A DNA stretch of 64,000 bases from Flectonema sp. DT1601 (taxonomy: Eukaryota). Of this stretch, positions 56,236 through 64,000 are shown piece after piece. The stretch spans positions 1,674,001-1,738,000 of the forward strand of contig OZ025784.1 in assembly GCA_964019425.1 (NCBI GenBank). Direction: 5' to 3'. The number at the start of each line of letters is the position of its first letter. Within the stretch, counting starts at the first letter, position 1. The translations under genes were made by a program, and so were the position numbers. The notes under the pieces were generated by a model. That model was not told the origin of the DNA and ran no database searches. It was given only the letters and a program-made list of their open reading frames with translations.

Positions 56236-58372
56236 CTAGAGATACCCCTTCCAGGCTCGCGTTGCTCGCACACAACTTTTTTTTTTTAAGCTTTCTGAAC
56301 AAACATTATTTTTACAACCAAGTCACGTCTGTTTTTATTCCCTGGCTAGGTACCCGTCCAGGGTACAAATTTGAACTTAACTTTACGCTCGCTTCGCTCG
56401 CGTTAAGTTAAGTCCAATTTTGTACCCTTTTCCTTGCTACTTTCTTCTTACTAATTTTTCTGGTTGAAAGACACAAAAAATGTGCCTGGGAATTGAACCC
56501 TTGCCACGGCTACCGAAGAGATTTAAGGTATCCACTCGGCTGTGCAGCCCTGGGGTTTTCTTTTTTTTTTATATTTATTTATTTGTGTGTTCTTAGCCTC
56601 TTTATGGAAATCCTTCCATTTTCCCTTCCCTCCAGTCTTAACGTAGGAGAGTCTACCAGGTGCCTACCCTGGACGCCCTTCGGGCGCGGGATTTGAACTA
56701 ATTGCGTGTACGGGCGCGATGGGTTATTGCAGTGGCAGGGGGTCGAACCAGCGATCACCCAGCCCCAGGGCGAGGGTTATACCACTACCCCTGGGATATC
56801 GCAACTTTTTATTATTTATTTATTATTTATTACTTTTCTGCAATTTTTATTTATAAATAAGTTTTCGAAAAGGTGGGAAGTAACGGACTGGGAGCTTTTG
56901 GCTCCTGCCCTATTCCCGATGTAAACTTTCTTTTTTTTTTTTTTTTTTTCTTTTTTAACAGGCCCAAAGGGCGACAATGAAAGATGCTGACCAAGGAATA
57001 GTATTCAAATGAATTTTTGTTTCAAAGAAACAAACAGGATTAAGGGAGAGGCAGAAAAAAAAAAAAAAAATAATATGAAGAGGAAATAATCAAACATGAA
57101 AAGAAAAGATAAAATAAAAATAAATAAACGTTATATATAAGCAATTTCTTTTTTTTTTCGCAATTTTTTATTTATTTATTACTTTTCTGTCCCAACGGGA
57201 CGACAAATGAAAAATGTCCTCCCTTAGCTGAAAATGCACACTGCACCCTGTTTTATCAAGTCCTTTGTTTTTGTTTTTCTGAAAGATATCTGTAGTTGTT
57301 GTTATATTAATATGCTAGCACGAAAACGACAGCTAGGTTTATGATGATTGCATATGTGGCTTAGGTTATCTGTTTGTTACATTTGGAAGTATTTTACAAC
57401 AGGTTTATCGAACCTGTATCTGCAATGTGTGCGACCCTGGGATGGGAATATAGGAATTTAGTTATATTAATAAGGTTATCGTTCATTATTTCCAATAAAA
57501 TAGAAATGTGGGAAGAACTATGGGATGGCGGAACGCAGCCCCCCCCCCAACCCCCCCCAAGGGGGGGGAGCCACTAATAAAGGCCAACCCCCTGAAAAAG
57601 AATCAAGAAAGAACAAAAATGCCCTCACCCAGGGTCGAACTGGACGGTTTACAGCCATTTTGGGTTTTGTAAAGAATGGTTAGTTCTGAAACTATTTGTG
57701 TAGGAAAGACCCTTTACCCAAAAAGAAATGAAATCAAAGATTGCTTTTTCACAGCTTGGCACCTAAAATCCAAAACTCATTAAGAAGGAAAAAATTATTT
57801 CAAAAAGAAAATTTTTGCTAACTAAATTGGCAGCCATACACCTAAATTTCAAAACCATACCACTTACTAACAAAATTTCTTTCTCATCACTTTTTATATT
57901 TTAAGAAAATGGTTAACAGGAATTTATGAAGACTTTTGGATAGATCAACTATGTGTTCCCATCTTTTTTAGGAGATCTGTAGAAAAGAATAAATCTTTCA
58001 GAAAATATTATAAAGGGAAGATTTCTTCTGAAGAATTTTTTTTTAACTACCTACTAAATTGGCAACCATACACTTAAATTTCAAAACCATACTAAAAAAG
58101 AATTTTCATCACATTTTATACTTTAAGAAAATAAATGGTTACCCATCTTTTTTAGACCTGCTCGGGCACAAAAATCCAGCATTTTTCCTTAGGCAAATAA
58201 ATCTTACTTACTTCCTACTGAAGAAAATTGGCAGCTAAAATTTGTTTGCGGGAAGAAAATAAGCAGCTAAAATTTGCTTGCGGGAAGGGAATCAGCAGCT
58301 AAAATTTGCTTGCGGGAAGAAAATAAGCAGCTAAAATTTGCTTGCGGGAAGAGAATCAGCAGCCAAGATTTG
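56236..58372 (-). mobile_element. Helitron-like element copy E (longest core, truncated inside the 32-bp satellite)
   Basis: Same CTAG end; about 2 kb core, then 4-5 satellite units (about 58221-58372), then octamer. Confidence 0.75.
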
Positions 58373-58615
58373 CCCGCAAACCCGCAAACCCGCAAACCCG
58401 CAAACCCGCAAACCCGCAAACCCGCAAACCCGCAAACCCGCAAACCCGCAAACCCGCAAACCCGCAAACCCGCAAACCCGCAAACCCGCAAACCCGCAAA
58501 CCCGCAAACCCGCAAACCCGCAAACCCGCAAACCCGCAAACCCGCAAACCCGCAAACCCGCAAACCCGCAAACCCGCAAACCCGCAAACCCGCAAACCCG
58601 CAAACCCGCAAACCC
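58373..58615. repeat. (AAACCCGC)n, about 30 units
   Basis: Direct reading. Confidence 0.97.
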
Positions 58616-59073
58616 AAAGAGCTTAAGTTGATACTCTTTTCAATGTCACTATAGTCCATTTTGATAACGTTTTCCACAACAGATCTGGAAAATAGTAATT
58701 CGCGATTGCAGGTGTCGTTGAGAATCATATCCTTCGTACGGACTTTCATCTTAAGAGCACAGGTCTTTGAGACCGACAGGGCCATGTCGTTGTCAGAACA
58801 CCATTGATCCACTTTATCAAGTATTATTTGAGCACTTGAAAGAGCTTCTTCCATGTTATGTCCAGATACTACACATGCTGTATCATCCGCATACAGAGCA
58901 GACGTCGTTGTTTCTTTCTCCAGTTCCAAAATCTTGCAGAGGTCATCAACGTAGATAAGATAGAGAAGAGGACCCAGGATCGATCCCTGTGGAACCCCCT
59001 TAGCCAGAGTACGGAATTCGCTAAAGTAACCATTCGCTTCAACTCTAACCTTCCTGTTTGTAAGAAAGTCTTG
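58616..59073 (-). mobile_element. Internal fragment of a non-LTR retrotransposon reverse transcriptase
   Basis: Open frame: FLTNRKVRV..GVPQGSILGPLLYLIYVDDL..LYADDT..WCSDNDMALSVSKT; LINE RT motifs (APE-type clades such as ingi/I/Jockey). Confidence 0.92.
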
Positions 59074-62000
59074 CCCGCAAACCCGCAAACCCGCAAACCC
59101 GCAAACCCGCAAACCCGCAAACCCGCAAACCCGCAAACCCGCAAACCCGCAAACCCGCAAACCCGCAAACCCGCAAACCCGCAAACCCGCAAACCCGCAA
59201 ACCCGCAAACCCGCAAACCCGCAAACCCGCAAACCCGCAAACCCGCAAACCCGCAAACCCGCAAACCCGCAAACCCGCAAACCCGCAAACCCGCAAACCC
59301 GCAAACCCGCAAACCCGCAAACCCGCAAACCCGCAAACCCGCAAACCCGCAAACCCGCAAACCCGCAAACCCGCAAACCCGCAAACCCGCAAACCCGCAA
59401 ACCCGCAAACCCGCAAACCCGCAAACCCGCAAACCCGCAAACCCGCAAACCCGCAAACCCGCAAACCCGCAAACCCGCAAACCCGCAAACCCGCAAACCC
59501 GCAAACCCGCAAACCCGCAAACCCGCAAACCCGCAAACCCGCAAACCCGCAAACCCGCAAACCCGCAAACCCGCAAACCCGCAAACCCGCAAACCCGCAA
59601 ACCCGCAAACCCGCAAACCCGCAAACCCGCAAACCCGCAAACCCGCAAACCCGCAAACCCGCAAACCCGCAAACCCGCAAACCCGCAAACCCGCAAACCC
59701 GCAAACCCGCAAACCCGCAAACCCGCAAACCCGCAAACCCGCAAACCCGCAAACCCGCAAACCCGCAAACCCGCAAACCCGCAAACCCGCAAACCCGCAA
59801 ACCCGCAAACCCGCAAACCCGCAAACCCGCAAACCCGCAAACCCGCAAACCCGCAAACCCGCAAACCCGCAAACCCGCAAACCCGCAAACCCGCAAACCC
59901 GCAAACCCGCAAACCCGCAAACCCGCAAACCCGCAAACCCGCAAACCCGCAAACCCGCAAACCCGCAAACCCGCAAACCCGCAAACCCGCAAACCCGCAA
60001 ACCCGCAAACCCGCAAACCCGCAAACCCGCAAACCCGCAAACCCGCAAACCCGCAAACCCGCAAACCCGCAAACCCGCAAACCCGCAAACCCGCAAACCC
60101 GCAAACCCGCAAACCCGCAAACCCGCAAACCCGCAAACCCGCAAACCCGCAAACCCGCAAACCCGCAAACCCGCAAACCCGCAAACCCGCAAACCCGCAA
60201 ACCCGCAAACCCGCAAACCCGCAAACCCGCAAACCCGCAAACCCGCAAACCCGCAAACCCGCAAACCCGCAAACCCGCAAACCCGCAAACCCGCAAACCC
60301 GCAAACCCGCAAACCCGCAAACCCGCAAACCCGCAAACCCGCAAACCCGCAAACCCGCAAACCCGCAAACCCGCAAACCCGCAAACCCGCAAACCCGCAA
60401 ACCCGCAAACCCGCAAACCCGCAAACCCGCAAACCCGCAAACCCGCAAACCCGCAAACCCGCAAACCCGCAAACCCGCAAACCCGCAAACCCGCAAACCC
60501 GCAAACCCGCAAACCCGCAAACCCGCAAACCCGCAAACCCGCAAACCCGCAAACCCGCAAACCCGCAAACCCGCAAACCCGCAAACCCGCAAACCCGCAA
60601 ACCCGCAAACCCGCAAACCCGCAAACCCGCAAACCCGCAAACCCGCAAACCCGCAAACCCGCAAACCCGCAAACCCGCAAACCCGCAAACCCGCAAACCC
60701 GCAAACCCGCAAACCCGCAAACCCGCAAACCCGCAAACCCGCAAACCCGCAAACCCGCAAACCCGCAAACCCGCAAACCCGCAAACCCGCAAACCCGCAA
60801 ACCCGCAAACCCGCAAACCCGCAAACCCGCAAACCCGCAAACCCGCAAACCCGCAAACCCGCAAACCCGCAAACCCGCAAACCCGCAAACCCGCAAACCC
60901 GCAAACCCGCAAACCCGCAAACCCGCAAACCCGCAAACCCGCAAACCCGCAAACCCGCAAACCCGCAAACCCGCAAACCCGCAAACCCGCAAACCCGCAA
61001 ACCCGCAAACCCGCAAACCCGCAAACCCGCAAACCCGCAAACCCGCAAACCCGCAAACCCGCAAACCCGCAAACCCGCAAACCCGCAAACCCGCAAACCC
61101 GCAAACCCGCAAACCCGCAAACCCGCAAACCCGCAAACCCGCAAACCCGCAAACCCGCAAACCCGCAAACCCGCAAACCCGCAAACCCGCAAACCCGCAA
61201 ACCCGCAAACCCGCAAACCCGCAAACCCGCAAACCCGCAAACCCGCAAACCCGCAAACCCGCAAACCCGCAAACCCGCAAACCCGCAAACCCGCAAACCC
61301 GCAAACCCGCAAACCCGCAAACCCGCAAACCCGCAAACCCGCAAACCCGCAAACCCGCAAACCCGCAAACCCGCAAACCCGCAAACCCGCAAACCCGCAA
61401 ACCCGCAAACCCGCAAACCCGCAAACCCGCAAACCCGCAAACCCGCAAACCCGCAAACCCGCAAACCCGCAAACCCGCAAACCCGCAAACCCGCAAACCC
61501 GCAAACCCGCAAACCCGCAAACCCGCAAACCCGCAAACCCGCAAACCCGCAAACCCGCAAACCCGCAAACCCGCAAACCCGCAAACCCGCAAACCCGCAA
61601 ACCCGCAAACCCGCAAACCCGCAAACCCGCAAACCCGCAAACCCGCAAACCCGCAAACCCGCAAACCCGCAAACCCGCAAACCCGCAAACCCGCAAACCC
61701 GCAAACCCGCAAACCCGCAAACCCGCAAACCCGCAAACCCGCAAACCCGCAAACCCGCAAACCCGCAAACCCGCAAACCCGCAAACCCGCAAACCCGCAA
61801 ACCCGCAAACCCGCAAACCCGCAAACCCGCAAACCCGCAAACCCGCAAACCCGCAAACCCGCAAACCCGCAAACCCGCAAACCCGCAAACCCGCAAACCC
61901 GCAAACCCGCAAACCCGCAAACCCGCAAACCCGCAAACCCGCAAACCCGCAAACCCGCAAACCCGCAAACCCGCAAACCCGCAAACCCGCAAACCCGCAA

Positions 62001-64000
62001 ACCCGCAAACCCGCAAACCCGCAAACCCGCAAACCCGCAAACCCGCAAACCCGCAAACCCGCAAACCCGCAAACCCGCAAACCCGCAAACCCGCAAACCC
62101 GCAAACCCGCAAACCCGCAAACCCGCAAACCCGCAAACCCGCAAACCCGCAAACCCGCAAACCCGCAAACCCGCAAACCCGCAAACCCGCAAACCCGCAA
62201 ACCCGCAAACCCGCAAACCCGCAAACCCGCAAACCCGCAAACCCGCAAACCCGCAAACCCGCAAACCCGCAAACCCGCAAACCCGCAAACCCGCAAACCC
62301 GCAAACCCGCAAACCCGCAAACCCGCAAACCCGCAAACCCGCAAACCCGCAAACCCGCAAACCCGCAAACCCGCAAACCCGCAAACCCGCAAACCCGCAA
62401 ACCCGCAAACCCGCAAACCCGCAAACCCGCAAACCCGCAAACCCGCAAACCCGCAAACCCGCAAACCCGCAAACCCGCAAACCCGCAAACCCGCAAACCC
62501 GCAAACCCGCAAACCCGCAAACCCGCAAACCCGCAAACCCGCAAACCCGCAAACCCGCAAACCCGCAAACCCGCAAACCCGCAAACCCGCAAACCCGCAA
62601 ACCCGCAAACCCGCAAACCCGCAAACCCGCAAACCCGCAAACCCGCAAACCCGCAAACCCGCAAACCCGCAAACCCGCAAACCCGCAAACCCGCAAACCC
62701 GCAAACCCGCAAACCCGCAAACCCGCAAACCCGCAAACCCGCAAACCCGCAAACCCGCAAACCCGCAAACCCGCAAACCCGCAAACCCGCAAACCCGCAA
62801 ACCCGCAAACCCGCAAACCCGCAAACCCGCAAACCCGCAAACCCGCAAACCCGCAAACCCGCAAACCCGCAAACCCGCAAACCCGCAAACCCGCAAACCC
62901 GCAAACCCGCAAACCCGCAAACCCGCAAACCCGCAAACCCGCAAACCCGCAAACCCGCAAACCCGCAAACCCGCAAACCCGCAAACCCGCAAACCCGCAA
63001 ACCCGCAAACCCGCAAACCCGCAAACCCGCAAACCCGCAAACCCGCAAACCCGCAAACCCGCAAACCCGCAAACCCGCAAACCCGCAAACCCGCAAACCC
63101 GCAAACCCGCAAACCCGCAAACCCGCAAACCCGCAAACCCGCAAACCCGCAAACCCGCAAACCCGCAAACCCGCAAACCCGCAAACCCGCAAACCCGCAA
63201 ACCCGCAAACCCGCAAACCCGCAAACCCGCAAACCCGCAAACCCGCAAACCCGCAAACCCGCAAACCCGCAAACCCGCAAACCCGCAAACCCGCAAACCC
63301 GCAAACCCGCAAACCCGCAAACCCGCAAACCCGCAAACCCGCAAACCCGCAAACCCGCAAACCCGCAAACCCGCAAACCCGCAAACCCGCAAACCCGCAA
63401 ACCCGCAAACCCGCAAACCCGCAAACCCGCAAACCCGCAAACCCGCAAACCCGCAAACCCGCAAACCCGCAAACCCGCAAACCCGCAAACCCGCAAACCC
63501 GCAAACCCGCAAACCCGCAAACCCGCAAACCCGCAAACCCGCAAACCCGCAAACCCGCAAACCCGCAAACCCGCAAACCCGCAAACCCGCAAACCCGCAA
63601 ACCCGCAAACCCGCAAACCCGCAAACCCGCAAACCCGCAAACCCGCAAACCCGCAAACCCGCAAACCCGCAAACCCGCAAACCCGCAAACCCGCAAACCC
63701 GCAAACCCGCAAACCCGCAAACCCGCAAACCCGCAAACCCGCAAACCCGCAAACCCGCAAACCCGCAAACCCGCAAACCCGCAAACCCGCAAACCCGCAA
63801 ACCCGCAAACCCGCAAACCCGCAAACCCGCAAACCCGCAAACCCGCAAACCCGCAAACCCGCAAACCCGCAAACCCGCAAACCCGCAAACCCGCAAACCC
63901 GCAAACCCGCAAACCCGCAAACCCGCAAACCCGCAAACCCGCAAACCCGCAAACCCGCAAACCCGCAAACCCGCAAACCCGCAAACCCGCAAACCCGCAA
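59074..64000. repeat. Long telomere-like array (AAACCCGC)n, about 615 units, running off the window end
   Basis: No variant unit seen; three open minus-strand frames (RVCGFAGL)n confirm uninterrupted periodicity. Confidence 0.98.

Noticed and set aside
40187..57577. Short recurring ORFs within element copies (for example MNPCHGYRRD, MYGRDGLL)
   Set aside because: Non-ATG starts, frames broken by homopolymer length changes between copies, and no Rep or helicase motifs.
58267..64000. Giant minus-strand ORFs of (RVCGFAGL)n, including an apparent 1905-aa repeat-RT fusion
   Set aside because: The octamer has no stop codon in any frame and the starts are non-ATG. Only 58616-59073 is real coding-derived sequence.
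59074..64000. Calling the array a canonical telomere of this chromosome arm
   Set aside because: Polarity is reversed and the true end is not visible; kept only as a hypothesis.

Overview
Eukaryotic protist DNA. Gene content, an unbroken same-strand gene run and sparse short GT-AG introns suggest a euglenozoan, probably a diplonemid (inference). Positions 1-39 kb hold about 14 genes, all on the + strand: GH27 glycosidase, HAD nucleotidase, a myosin with four B-box fingers and a WW domain, CDF transporter, CCCH protein, a 16-repeat Cys-rich surface protein, class III ADH, a soluble adenylyl cyclase-like protein, erlin plus a partial duplicate, and an LRR protein. An intergenic cluster of four covarying RNA hairpins lies at 15.1-15.6 kb. 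From 39.9 kb the window becomes a repeat domain built on the telomere-like octamer (AAACCCGC)n/(TTTGCGGG)n. Five copies of one non-coding element all end on the minus strand in hairpin-15 nt-CTAG, joined to the octamer in the same phase. The one complete copy (51784-55931) starts TCTCCTATATAAT and sits in the array at TT^T with no target duplication, which fits a repeat-targeted non-autonomous Helitron. It carries tRNA-like Pol III boxes, a 32-bp satellite and 136-bp repeats. Interspersed are a 5'-truncated GDPGP1/VTC2-like gene, an LVIVD protein, a frameshifted Crinkler/RHS-type NTPase-nuclease, an 82-bp MITE and a LINE RT fragment trapped between arrays. The window ends in at least 4.9 kb of apparently perfect octamer whose strand polarity is opposite to a normal right-hand telomere. 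Product calls come from motif recognition only; no database searches were run.
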